From Octopus sinensis (taxonomy: Eukaryota), in assembly GCF_006345805.1 (NCBI RefSeq), contig NC_043005.1, positions 45,012,001 to 45,076,000 of the forward strand: DNA of 64,000 nucleotides. The letters run 5' to 3'. The notes beneath the pieces were generated by a model, which saw nothing but the letters and a program-made list of their open reading frames with translations, made no database searches and was not told the origin of the DNA. Made by a program: the position numbers and the translations under genes. Position 1 is the stretch's first letter. Every line of letters begins with the position of its first letter. Below are positions 13,490-26,964 of the stretch, piece after piece.

Positions 13490-14220
13490 AGGTGTAGGAG
13501 TGGCTGTGTGGTAAGTAGCTTGCTTATGAACCACATGGTTCTGGGTTTAGTCCCACTGCATGGCACCTTGGGCAAGTGTCTTCTACAATAGCCTTGGGCC
13601 GACCAAAGCCTTGTGAGTGGATTTGGTAGATGGAAGCTGAAAGAAGCCCATCGTATATATGTATATATATCATCATCATCATCATCTTCATCATCATCAT
13701 CATTTAGCGTCTGCTTTCCATGCTAGCATGGGTTGGACGGTTCAACTGGGTTCTGGGAAGCCAGAAGGCTGCACCAGGCCCAGTCTGATCTGGCAATGTT
13801 TCTACGGCTGGATGCCCTTCCTAACGCCAAACCACTCCATCAGTGTAGTGGGTGCTTTTTACATGCCACCAGCACCAGTGCTAGACGGGGCTGGCAAACG
13901 GCCACGGTCAGATGATGCTTTTTACGTGCCACCGGCACGGGGGCCCAGGCAAGGCTGGCAACGGCCACGATTGGATGGTGCTTTTTACGTGCCAACATGT
14001 GTGTGTATATGTTTGTGTGTCTGTATTTGTCCCCCCAACATTGCTTGACAACCAACAGTGGTATGTTTATGTCCCAGTAACTTAGTGGTTCAGCAAAAGA
14101 GAGATCGATAGAATAAGTACTAGGCTTACAAAGAATAAGTCCTAGGGTCGATTTGCTTGACTAAAAGGCGGTGCTCCGGCATGGCCACAGTCAGATGACT
14201 GAAACAGATAAAAGAGTAAA
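13490..14220 (+). mobile_element. SINE family A with a nested RTE 3'-UTR-like repeat
   Basis: A-box-like tggctgtgtgg and B-box-like ggtttagtccc; interrupted at about 13670-13990 by (CAT)n-ttagcgtctgctttccatgctagcatggg. Confidence 0.8.
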
Positions 14221-14614
14221 TAGAGGTAATAATTATCTACAGATCAAAGATAGAATCATAGGTAAAGAGTTTGGAAACACCACCTCCATAAAAAAATATT
14301 ACGGTGAACACAACCTAAAGAACTTCTATTTTCAATCATAAACTCACCTACAGGATTGAAGGAAAGCGGGATACCACATCTTTATCTAGATATGTATGGA
14401 ATTAAAACAAAAAAAAACTATGTATATGGTAGAGGAAGAGTGTTAAGTCTACCCTTAAGGTACACAAGAAGGTGGATAAAGAGAGAATAGAAACAGAGAA
14501 TGTATATAGTGTGTACATGCATATATGCTATCTCAGACAAGATTGAGTGGCCATAATATCATATATATATTACAAGTGTGTATTATATGGTACCATATAT
14601 ATCTTATCTTTTTA

Positions 14615-14838
14615 TTGCCTACAAGGGGCTAAACATAGAGGGAACAAACAAGGACAGACAAACGGATTAAGTTGATTATATCGACCCCAGTGCATAACTG
14701 GTAATTTATTTATGGACCCCAAAAAGATGAAAGGCAAAGTCGACCTAGGCAGAATTTGAACTTAGAACATAACGGCAGACGAAATACTGCAGAGCATTTC
14801 GCCCGGTGCGCTAACGTTTCTGCCAGCTCACCACCTTA
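14615..14838 (-). mobile_element. SINE family B
   Basis: cctacaaggggctaaacatagaggg...gacgaaatactgc-gagcatttcgcccggtgcgctaacgtttctgccagctcaccacc. Confidence 0.85.
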
Positions 14839-15085
14839 TATGTAGCTGTGTGTGTGTGAGAGAAAGAGAGAGAAGGGGGAAGAGGGAGAGAGAGGGAGAG
14901 AGAGAGAGAGAGAGGAGGAGGAGGAGGAAGATAAACACAAGTTTATATTATAGTTCCTAGGCACGTGCATATTATGTTTGTTTTGAGCCCTGCAATATGT
15001 GTTCCAAGTGCACATAGATGCTCATACTCAATGAATCATCAGGGAGCAGTTTATTGCATTAAGATATCTATCTATCTATCAATCC

Positions 15086-15092
15086 ATCTTGC

Positions 15093-15144
<52 letters not shown>

Positions 15145-15185
15145 CAGACAGACAAGCAGATAGACAAATAAAATAGACAGACAAA
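15086..15185. repeat. (GATA)n/(GACA)n microsatellite
   Basis: Direct tetranucleotide runs. Confidence 0.95.
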
Positions 15186-15326
15186 ATGCACAGACACACA
15201 GACACACACATACACACATACTGACACATACACATATGCACAGACACATAAACACAGACTAATAGTACATTTTAACATATATAAATCTTTTATGGTTGCC
15301 CATCAACATAACTATACCTTTATCTT

Positions 15327-15365
<39 letters not shown>

Positions 15366-15669
15366 TTCTCTCTCTCATTGCACTGATTATTTGTCTATTA
15401 TTTCTGTTTTATTACTGATCTAATTATACTGTATATTTTGCCATGCTACACACCCATGCAATCACACATACCTATGCATATTTATATATGTGCAGATAAC
15501 TGTTATCTAATAGACACAAATAATTTGCATAATTTCTCAAACCAGAAACATACTAACACACTCACAGACAGACATGTATTGAGAATCTTTTGTGCATAGT
15601 CACTTGTATACATAACTTTCAGCAGACATAAGCACATACATATATCTCCATAAACACATCTGCACACTC

Positions 15670-15748
<79 letters not shown>

Positions 15749-15850
15749 CATATGCATGTGTGTATATATATATGTATATATGTTTATATATATATGCAGA
15801 CATATACATATATATATATACACACACATATACATACATACATACATACA

Positions 15851-15886
<36 letters not shown>

Positions 15887-15904
15887 TTATATATATATTA
15901 TATA

Positions 15905-16235
15905 TATATATATATATATAACTGGCACTCGACCACTTGCAATGATAACTGCGAAACAGCCTTCTCGTGTAATTAATATACAGGTGGCTGAGTACACCAT
16001 AGACATACATGCCCTTAACCCCTTAATGTAGCTCTCAAGGAGATTCAGCATGACATGGTATATTACAAAGCTGGCCCCTTTGAAGTACAAGTACATTTGA
16101 TTTTGGCCACTTGGGTGGACTAAAGCAATATAAAATAAAGTGTCTTGCTCAAGAACACACAATGTGCTGCCAGGAATTGAAACCCTGACCTTATGATCAT
16201 GAGACATACCCTAACCACTAACCCACTCACCTTCA
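15905..16235 (-). mobile_element. SINE family D
   Basis: Same body as 9115-9410. Confidence 0.75.
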
Positions 16236-16239
16236 TTAT

Positions 16240-16615
16240 CTTTTATCTGTTATGTGTTTCACTCAAAATGATTGTGACCATGCTGGGGCACCGCCTTATA
16301 GGGATTTAGGCAAACAAATCTACCACAGGATTTTTTGTAAAAGCATATTACTTATTCTATTGGTCTCTGCCAAACTGCTAAGTTATGGAGAACATAAATA
16401 CCCCAACACCGATTGTCAAGTGGTGGGTGAATTGGGGAGAGGGACAAACACAAAGAGAATGACACTTTCAGTTTCCATCTACTAAATCCACTCACAAGGT
16501 TTTCGCTGGCCTGAGGCTGTAGCAGAAGACAGTTGCCCAAGATACCATGCATTAGGACTGAAATTGAAAACCATGTGGTTGGGAAGCAAGCTTCTGACCA
16601 CACAACCAACATGCC
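16240..16615 (-). mobile_element. SINE family A
   Basis: gtgaccatgctggggcaccgcc...catgtggttgggaagcaagcttctgaccacacaaccaacatgcctgc. Confidence 0.75.
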
Positions 16616-16619
16616 TGCA

Positions 16620-16775
16620 CCTACAACACACACACACACATAAACAAACACACACATATATATATATATATACATATACAAACATATATACGTACATACA
16701 CATATATAAATATATATATATATATAATATATATATATATATATAATATATGTATGATATGTATGTGTATATATG

Positions 16776-16807
<32 letters not shown>

Positions 16808-17223
16808 ATACACACACATACATATATATATGTATGTATGCATGCATTATATATATACTAACATACATGATCACCTATAAATAAATTATTCAGGTACATA
16901 GAAAACATATACAAATGCACATTGGCACTGGAGAGACACATACATACTTACAGAAGCACAAACTCATACAGAAACAAAAATATTCTTGTATAATCTACCA
17001 ATATTTGCATACACTTACAACTATACACATGAATATGGATAATTATATGTGTACAACTGTATCAACAGACACATGCATGTAAATCTGCACTCACACACAC
17101 ACACATATACACACACATATACTCATTTAATTATACATGCATATAACTATACATGAATATACAATATATCTATCTATCTTCCTATCTATCTATCTGTCTA
17201 TCTATCTATCTATCTCTCACCCA

Positions 17224-17284
<61 letters not shown>

Positions 17285-17638
17285 AAGTGAATGAGAGTTG
17301 TATTCAGACATTCAGAGAATTACCAACACATGCATACATGCATACAGAATCATACATGCATACAGAATCATACATGCATATAGCTACTAACAGCAACACA
17401 CACATGCACACGCTAGCAATACATATGACTACTTACATACTTATAGAGAAATAAAATCATATAACCACAGACACACATGTACCAAAAGGCATATATATAT
17501 TATATATATATTATATATATATATATGTGTGTATATATATATGTATATATATATATATATGTATGTATGTATATATGCATGCATGTATATATGTATGTAT
17601 GTAGGTATGTTTGTTTGTATGTATGTATATGCATATGC

Positions 17639-17672
<34 letters not shown>

Positions 17673-17695
17673 AAGTATATGTATATATACATATA

Positions 17696-17727
<32 letters not shown>

Positions 17728-17805
17728 CGTACACAAACACGCACACACACACACACATATATATGCATACATATATGCTCAGTTTTCGTCTATTTCTCCC
17801 TTCTC

Positions 17806-17838
<33 letters not shown>

Positions 17839-17848
17839 TGTATGTATG

Positions 17849-17884
<36 letters not shown>

Positions 17885-18530
17885 TAATCACACATTCACA
17901 CAATTATGATGAGACATACATACATACATACATACATACATGCATACATACATACATGCATACATACATACATACATACACATGCATTATTACATATGCT
18001 CATACACATAGACAAATACACATTCACACATAATTACGTGTATATAAATATGTTGAAATACAGACACATGCACATGCATACACACATACATACATACATA
18101 CATACATACATACATACATACATACATACATACATGCATACATACATACATGCATACATACATACATACACACACATACATACATACATACATACACACA
18201 TACATACATACATACATACATACATACATACACACATACATACATACATACATACATACATACATACATACATACATACATACATACACACATACATACA
18301 TACATACATACACACATACATACATACATACATACATACATACATACACACATACATACATACATACATACATACATACATACATACATACATACATACA
18401 CATGCATTATTACATATGCTCATACACATAGACAAATACACATTCACACATAATTACGTGTATATAAATATGTTGAAATACAGACACATGCACATGCATA
18501 CACACATATAGAGTAATACATACAAACACA
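16620..18530. repeat. Compound (TA)n/(CATA)n/(CA)n/(GA)n microsatellite field
   Basis: Long simple runs, including about 300 bp of (CATA)n at 18080-18400; accounts for the many HTYI/MYVC ORFs. Confidence 0.95.
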
Positions 18531-19387
18531 TAATCAGGTTTGCATGTGATTATGCCTACACATAATTTTATGAATACACTTCAGCGTATAGCCTACCTGC
18601 ATACACACACACATACATCTGCATAACTTACATATAACTACCTATGTATGCACACATACATTTACATAATGATATGCATATGACTACTTACTCAAAGACA
18701 AATAAATACACACACACACACACATACACACACATACATACACACAAACCAACAGGCAGATGTATGTCGACATAATAACATAAACACACATGCATATAAT
18801 TATATAATAACACAACTGGTAAATATGCAAATAAACGTGTAGACTTCTAAACACAGATATAAACAGAGAGAGAGAGAGAGACTCACACACACACAAAACA
18901 ATATATAAATAATATAACAATTAAATGTTCAATGTACTAATTACTCTTTTATATTTATGCAGCAGTAATTTATTCAGCAGTGTTGCTTTTATCAGCTTTA
19001 ATGTGTTTCAAATTGTTGACGTATCTGATGAGAATTCTTAACCATTAATTCCTGTCATAGGCACAAGGCCAATCTTTGGATAGAGAAGAGGTGTGGTTGT
19101 GGTCCATTGAAGAGACAGCAGTGTACTACTGATACTATAGACATTGCTGAATGGTTCTTTAATCTCCTATATCTTTTGCCTGTTTCAGTCTTTGGATTGC
19201 GGCCATGCTGGGATAACACCTTGAAAAGGCCTACTCGAACAAATGTCGACCCCTGTACATATTTTTAAGTATGATACATAAATAAACTGATACCAGTTGT
19301 CACGTAGTGGTGGTGGGGATGAACAGAAAGACAAAGACAAATACATGCACACCCAACACACACACACACACAAACACACTCACACAT

Positions 19388-19420
<33 letters not shown>

Positions 19421-19636
19421 AACACACGCACATGTACAAGCATACACACATACACACAAACAAACACATTCATACAAGCACACACATGCAAGCACACACA
19501 CACACTCGTACACACACTCACAAGCTCAAACACACACAAACACACATGCACACATGCACACAAACATACACACACACAGACATATACACGTGGAGGTGCA
19601 CGGCTTAACGGTTAGCCCATTATATATATATATATA

Positions 19637-19766
<130 letters not shown>

Positions 19767-20420
19767 TAGATAGCTAGATATAGATATACACACACATTGT
19801 GTGTATGTGTTTATATTCATGTTTGCACCCAGTATTTGTGCGTTTATGTACCCATAACTTAGTGGTTCAGCAAAGGAGACCAATAGAATAAGTACCAGGC
19901 TTATAAGAAAAATAAGTTCTCGGGTCATTTGTTTGACTAAAATTCTTCAAGGCAGTACCCCAGCAAGAGGGGGTTTTGTCTTGCAAGGTACTTGACCCTG
20001 TCGATGCAGGTACCATGTAAAAAAAGCACAGATAAGACAGACAAAAGCCAAAATGGCACAGTTGACTGTTTCATCAATGATTCATTGCATATGCGCATAT
20101 ACATGCACTCACAGATACATGCACAACTATATACTCACATACACATGCACACTCACAGACATATACATATACATACTTACCACACACACACACACACACA
20201 CAACATACATACTTAGAGACATACCTACATAATCTAAGATATATGTTTTGAAACCATTACTAAGAATTCTAACATGTATGGAATGTCAAACACTCCAATG
20301 CTGTAAAAATTTCTCCAGTTATCCAGGCACTAGTTTCCAATATCCTCTATTTAACCAGTTACAACTTCATTTACATTATTTACATTCGACAGATATTTGT
20401 CTTCATCTTGTTTGTTGTTA

Positions 20421-20464
20421 ACACAATGTTTCGGCTGATATACCCTCCAGCCTTCATCAGGTGT
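20421..20464 (-). ncRNA. Minimal type I hammerhead ribozyme motif (one stem III substitution)
   Basis: Minus strand: ACAC-CTGATGA-A-GGCTG(GAGGGTATAT)CAGCC-GAAA-C-ATT-GTGT. Stem I ACAC/GTGT, stem II GGCTG/CAGCC. Stem III reads AACATT where the palindrome AACGTT is expected (CpG-type change). Confidence 0.75.
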
Positions 20465-20659
20465 CTTGGGGAAATTTCGAACCTAGGTTCTCATTCCTAA
20501 GGTATTTTTCGATGTTATTATTGTTGTTGTTGTTGTTGTTGCTGCTGTTGTTGTTTAACTGCAGGTCAACCTTGATTGATCAAAAGCATTCCGATAGTGA
20601 GCAAACCATCTTTTTATGAGTATCTCAGAGTATATTATTGTTGTTGTTGTTGTTGTTCA

Positions 20660-20729
20660 GGTCACTGCTTGAAATTGAACTCGGAATCTTGGGGTTAGTA
20701 GCCCGCGGTCTTAATGACTGCGCCATATG
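20660..20729 (-). promoter_or_regulatory. tRNA-derived Pol III head (A/B box-like)
   Basis: Minus strand CATATGGCGCAGTCATTAAGACCGCGGGCTACTAACCCCAAGATTCCGAGTTCAATTTC: A-box-like TGGCGCAGT, anticodon-like arm GGG-CTACTAA-CCC, B-box-like GAGTTCAATTTC. Confidence 0.65.
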
Positions 20730-20923
20730 AAGAAGGCTGGAGGGTATATCAGCCAAAACATGTTAACAACAAACAAGCTGAGGACAAATATCCATCAAAT
20801 GTAAATAATGTAAATAATGTACATAATTCCTTGTCTCTTAAATATAGAACAGCTACAACTTCATTTTCAACTTCTGAAATCTCCACTTCACAAAATATTG
20901 AATTTAACTGAAAAGAACTAATC

Positions 20924-21226
20924 CAGTGGTTCCCAAACTTTTTTAAGCTGCCGCCCCCTTGACACCCAGGCCATATTCCTAGCACCCCCACCCCAACTAA
21001 CCATCACAAGCATAGACTTCTTTCTAAAGCAAATTCAAAGCAACAGTATTTCACAAATAAAACTTAACCTAATGAACCCATTATGTTGTAGTTTTTACAT
21101 TAATAGCTACCCCATTATTGCCCCAAATTTTACATAAACCACTAACCCATTATCGACCCACTTTTCTTCCCTTGGAACTTTCCACCACACCCAGTGGGGC
21201 AATATCACCCAGTTTGAGAACCACTG
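20924..21226. mobile_element. hAT (Charlie/MER5-like) MITE
   Basis: TIRs CAGTGGTTCCCAAACT / AGTTTGAGAACCACTG and an exact 8-bp TSD AACTAATC (20916-20923, 21227-21234). Confidence 0.9.
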
Positions 21227-21237
21227 AACTAATCATA

Positions 21238-21650
21238 GGTACAGGTGTGGCTGTATGGTAAGAAGTTTGTTTCCTGACCCCATGTTCCTGGGTTCAGTCT
21301 CACTGCACGGTACCTTGAACAAGTGTCTTGGGCCAATGAAAGTCTTGTGAGTGGATTTGGTAGGCAGAAACTGAAAGAAGCCCGTTGTATATATACATGT
21401 TTGTGTGTGTGTGTATGTGTGTGTGTGTGTATTAGTGTCTGTGTTCATCCCCCACCACCTATTGACAACTGGTGTTTGGTGTGTTTATATCCCTGTAACT
21501 TAGCGGTTCAGCAAAAGACACTAATACAATAAGCACCAGGGTTCAAAATAAATTCTGAGGTCAATTAATTTGACTAAAACATTCATCAAGGTGATGCCTC
21601 GCTTAGCATGACTGCAGTCTAATGACAGAAACGAGTAAAAGAAAATAAAA
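21238..21650 (+). mobile_element. SINE family A
   Basis: acaggtgtggctgtatggtaagaagtttgtttcctgacc-catgttcctgggttcagtc head and family body. Confidence 0.8.
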
Positions 21651-21668
21651 GGTAAAGTATCTTTTATT

Positions 21669-22042
21669 TGAGAAATAATGTTTATCACCACTTAAACATG
21701 GCTGTTCCATAGGAATTGACATTACTGCAATATTTGCTTGTTGCAAGATCAGTGACTGTGTGTCACTTGATTTTCTACAGATTGCAAGCTGGAGTGAACT
21801 ACTGCTATTTCTAGCAGGTTAGCATCCACCACTGAGGATGACCACAAAGCGGTTGAAAACATACGGTCTGATGGTCTCATGGCTGGATGATGGTAGGAGT
21901 ACACTCCCCTACTTGCAATATATATCGGGTGCAGATTGCATTGAATAACCAGATGGAGGAGGTGTCCTCCTGAGGTTAAAATGACAGTAATGTTGGTTCT
22001 TACAGAACAACCATGTTTAAGTGGCGATAAACATTACTTCTC
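21669..22042. mobile_element. Inverted-repeat element with a decayed hammerhead motif (probable Penelope-like terminal repeat)
   Basis: Arms of about 60 bp: tgagaaataatgtttatcaccacttaaacatggctgttccatagg vs cagaacaaccatgtttaagtggcgataaacattacttctca. Internal CTGAGGA-T-GACC...GGTT-GAAA...GTC at 21832-21868. Confidence 0.55.
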
Positions 22043-22662
22043 AGTATAATTACTGTTTCCTTCTCTTAAAGAGATTTTCTTCTTAACTAGCTAATTTGAT
22101 TTTCTTTTATCTTTTATTTTTTACTTGTTTCCACCATTGGTCTGTGGCCATGCCGAGGCACCACCTGGAAGGCCTTTTTTTAGACAACAAATTGACCCTC
22201 AGTATTCATTTTCAAATCTGGCACTCATTTTAAAGTCTGCTGAAGAACTAATTTACAGGGACATAAACAAACCAACACACACACACACAGAGACACACAA
22301 AGAAACAAATCAACAAACTCAAAAACACTCACATGTACAACAAATTTCCATACAGTTTCCAACTGCCAAATTCACTTGAAAGGCATTGGTCAGGCCAGGG
22401 CTATAATAGTAGCACTTGTCTAAGTGTATATATGAAGGGTTTTATCATTATCATCATCATCGTCATCATCGTCATTATTTAATGTTTGCTTTCCATGTTG
22501 GCATGGGTTGGACAGCTCAATAGGAGCTGCACCAGATTCCAGTTGTCTGTTTTGGCATGTTTTCTACAGCTGGGTGCTTTTAGTATCACCAACCACTTTA
22601 CAGAGTACACTGAGTGCTTTTTATGTAGCACCAGCACAATACATATATTCCGGTATATATAT

Positions 22663-22718
<56 letters not shown>

Positions 22719-24242
22719 CATATATATATATATGTATGTGTTGTGTGTGTGTGTAGTAGAGTGAGAGAGAGAGAGATGCATATATATACACACATATATA
22801 TACATACCCACATACACACACACACATTTATGCATGTGTATACACACACACACACACACACATATACAAATAGCCCAAGTGAGACTAAACCTAGAACCAC
22901 ATAGTTGCAAAGGGAGCTTCTAAACCACAGTCATTCCTAAATAAATTCAAACTGAAATCAGAATATCTTTCTTAATCTTCAAAATTAAAACATACCACTA
23001 GACACAATCAGCAACACAACTACAAACCCTAAATCCACTCTGACTGAGTAGAACCACCATCTATTCTAGCTGTGATTATCTTGCCATTTTTTGATATGGT
23101 AAGGAATGATTTGTGAACTTGCTATTTCTAGAATGTCAAGTGACAATATACTTGTTTAAGCCCTTCAATCATGACAACTTTTCCCTATTGTTCTTAACTC
23201 TTGGCTGTCTTATTGCCTTCTCTCTTGTTGGATCCCTGCTTTTTACTTTCACCTTTCTTTTGAATTATGCTGCTCCATGTCATTTGTTTTCATGAGGGAA
23301 GGCCCTCCTCTGTCAGGTCTTGTTGGTTTTGAATTATCATCAATGCTTCTGTAAATTTGCCTTTTTCTAGGTAGGAGTGTTGGCCCTACGCAAACCCATT
23401 TTCATTTCTGCAAAGCAGTTGTCCATATCAGTCAGGCCTCTATTCTTTGACCTGTCCAGCATAGAAAGCCCTACAAGGAACTCACGCTCCATTGACATAG
23501 CTTTCAAGGTCATTAACCCACCATACTGCAACAAAGACTGAACCCTGTGATGGCTAGTGGCTTCCTGTTTGGTTCTAAAAGTCATTTGTTATCAAGAGGA
23601 ATTACAAACCCCTTGAGATGTTATCCCTGTCTTTAAACACTGCATCTAAGATATGAGGAAGTCTCTAGTGCTGTTGCTTGTATTCATTATATTATGTATT
23701 CATTGTGTATTCAGTTGAGCTTCTGCCCATTACTGCAAGACATATTATGCCAAACAAATGGCTGGTTTTTATACTGTCATTGTCTGGAGAGCTTGTCATA
23801 TTGTGAGTCAGTTCTTATTCAGAATTATTACCCTTTTAGATGAAAGATGGATTTAAGGAGCCCATCTCACTCATGCAATCTATTTTTGGATAGGTTTCTA
23901 CAGCTTGATGCTCTTCCTAACAACGACTACTTTATAAAGAGTACTGGTGCATTTTATTGCAGTTTCAGCACTAAAAAAATTGTTACAACCTTAATAAAAC
24001 CAAAGGTTAAGGGTTAAAAAACAGCTTAATAATTAATTTATTCAAGAATATTCCATATTCATTTCATTACATATTCATATAATTAGAGTGTCACTTACAT
24101 CAAAAACTACATTAATAAATTTTCTCATGTTTTCCATATAGCTGCATAATGGCTAAACTAGTATTCAACTGTATTTATATAATACACTTGAATTTTTTGT
24201 TACAAATATTTTCATTTACATTCAAACCATGATAGTAGTAGC

Positions 24243-24279
<37 letters not shown>

Positions 24280-25704
24280 GTAGTAGTAGTAGTAGTAATA
24301 TATTTGTGAGTCATTGCATCCATGTTACTCAGTGACTAATGAAATATTTCTAACTTGTCAAATAAGTCCAAACTGACAAATCAGTTGTGACTTTTGTTTC
24401 CAAAACCAATAATACTATAGGCAGTCTAGACATAATCTATCTTCATTTATTGATATGAAACATTTCTAAAGAACTAATCCTTTAAATATTCTTTCTTCAA
24501 CCATATCTTTAGACAGATCAGAATTTTCAGCACTGAAATAGCTTCATGTATTGTACTAAGCAATTTTTCAGTTTCGTTTATAACATTTTGCTGAAGGAAT
24601 AAAGTTTGACAAATAACAAATATTTAACTAGTAGTCAATAATATATCATGAGACAGATCATATTTACAATTCTCTATTTTGCTGCAATAGTATTTATTCT
24701 TTAAACATATAAAGCAACTCAAAAGTAACTAGTATTTGATATGAATACTTGTTTATGGATTGATTAACTAATTCTATATAACAAACAGAGCATATGTAAT
24801 AAGTAAGTATTACATAATACTAGGTGACGTTTTCTAAAGGATTTTAGTGGGTGAAATATGGGGTAAAAACCAACTTATAGAGCTAAATTACACTGTGTAA
24901 CATGATTTTTGCCCTTAGAATACAACTGTTATTTCCTATTTGTTTAACCCAAGAAGGTATGAAAAATGGCTAATATTTTCTTCAAACATTTCTTTTGTTA
25001 CATTTATTCAAACCCTAAATAGTTCCTCCTAATACATGGTTATAATGCTCCACCACAACTCCTGCACATGATAACTGGCACTTCAACAGTCATGACAAAG
25101 AGGGTTCCAGATGATCCAATCAATGGAACAGCTTGCTTGTGAAATTAACGTGCACATGGCTGAGAACTCCACAGACATGTGTACCCTTAATGTAGTTCTC
25201 AGAGAGATTCAGTGTGACACAGAGTCTGACAAGACTGGCCCTTTGAAATACAAGTACAACTTAGTTTTGTTAGCTGAGTTGACTGGAGCAACATGAAATA
25301 AAGTGTCTTGCTCAAGAACACAATGCACCACCAAGAATCGAACTCACAACCATATGATCATGAGCCAAATACCCTAAGCACTAAGCCATGTACCTTCATG
25401 TGCCTGCTGATGATAAGAGATGCACATATCATCAGCCACTAATGGGCATGCTCAACTGGTCAAGGTCAAGAAACTGACAAGCTTTTCTGTGGTATTGAGC
25501 AGAATATTTGCTATAATGATATTTCCGCTTCAACAACTCAGCACTGAATCTCTCTGAAATGTAATGGAAAATAGGTCATCAGTTTGAAAGCAAAGTCTGA
25601 AGGGAATAGTAGTAATTTCCTTTGATTTCTAGATAAAAGCAAATAGGAAATAACACTTACTGATCAAAATTTCTTACACAATGTTATCTTTATAACTGCT
25701 TTTA

Positions 25705-26964
25705 TGAAGGTTGGCTGAAAAGTTCATTGGCTGACCAAGACACTCTCATGGAATGTGACCAAAGGAGGTTTATTTTTCAATATAGACTCCCCCCACATAC
25801 TTCTTCCATCGATGTTGCAGTTCTTGGATCCCATTGGTGAGGAAGCTTTCATTCTTTTGGTAAAAAAAGTCAGCAACAGATATGATGTCATCATCACTGC
25901 AATACTGATTCCCAGCCAAGTTGTTTTTTTAATGCTGGGGAACAGATGATAGTCAGATAGGATCAAATCAGAATAGGGAGGCTGATCAACTAGCTCGAAG
26001 CCTCAATCATGCACAGTAACCATTGAAACAAAGGATTTGTGTGATGGAGCATAGTCCTGATGAAACTCGTCGTTTTCTTGGGCATTTGGTCTCAATAGCC
26101 TTTCATAACTGCCTTGGCAAGTTGGAATAGTATACTCCATTGATCATGTAACCTTTTTGAAGATAATCAATAAACACAATGCCATTTGCATCCCCCAAAA
26201 GTGATGCCAATGCCTTCCTCACAGATGAAACGACTTTGGTCTTTTTGGAGCATGTGTTCCCACTGTATAGATTGTCTCTGTGTCTTTGGCTGAAAGGGAT
26301 GAAGCCAACATTCATCTTGGCTTAGGAAACGTTCAAGGAAGCCAGCTAGATCTGTCTGAAACAATGTCAGATTTTCCTGTGATCCGAACAGCCTGGTGCA
26401 GTTTTGATCAGGTGTCAGAAGACACGGGACCTAATGAATTGAGTTAGAAACCTTCATTATGCCAAGTTCACTGTGCAGAATATTCCCAACTGTCTCACAG
26501 AATATGCTAATACCATTGATTTATCGTTAATTCTTTGTCATTCATCAGCATGTGGTGAATACAGTCAATGTTTTCATTGGTGGTGGTAGTTGCAGAACAG
26601 CAAGACTTTGGGTCATCTTCAAGACTCTCCCTTCTTCTCCTAAATTAAGCTACCCTTTTTGCTTTATTGATGAAGCTGGAGCATCATCCCCTAATGTAGC
26701 AAGCATGTCAGTATTAATATTGTTTGGGGCTAAACCCTTTTTCTGCATGTACTTGATAACACCACAATGCCAAATTTTGTTGATTTTCAAGGTAAGTCAC
26801 TACTAGTTACTTTTGTAGTCTTCTTTGAAGAGTCACATGTCAGTTTACCTGGAAAGAAACAATGCAGTTATTAATAAGGGGAGTTGGAATTAATGCATGC
26901 ATGATTTCACAGCTCTAGCATCACTCGTTCATAGTCATCCTCTGAACTTTTCAGCCAACTCTGT
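25705..26964 (-). mobile_element. Near full-length decayed mariner transposon
   Basis: TIRs tgaaggttggctgaaaagttca / tgaacttttcagccaactctgt, flanked by TA. Minus-strand fragments QDECWLHPFQPKTQRQSIQW, KKTKVVSS...GDANGIVFIDYLQKG..INGVYY and SDYHLFPSIKK match mariner DD34D motifs. Confidence 0.9.

Larger units (their letters stand above)
20373..20853. mobile_element. tRNA-headed, hammerhead-containing retroelement with an inverted partial terminal copy (Penelope-like non-autonomous element)
   Basis: 13-bp direct repeat TACAACTTCATTT at 20360-20372 and 20854-20866. Arms of about 90 bp in inverted orientation (about 20373-20460 vs 20729-20825). tRNA-like head and HHR are both on the minus strand. 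Confidence 0.75.
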
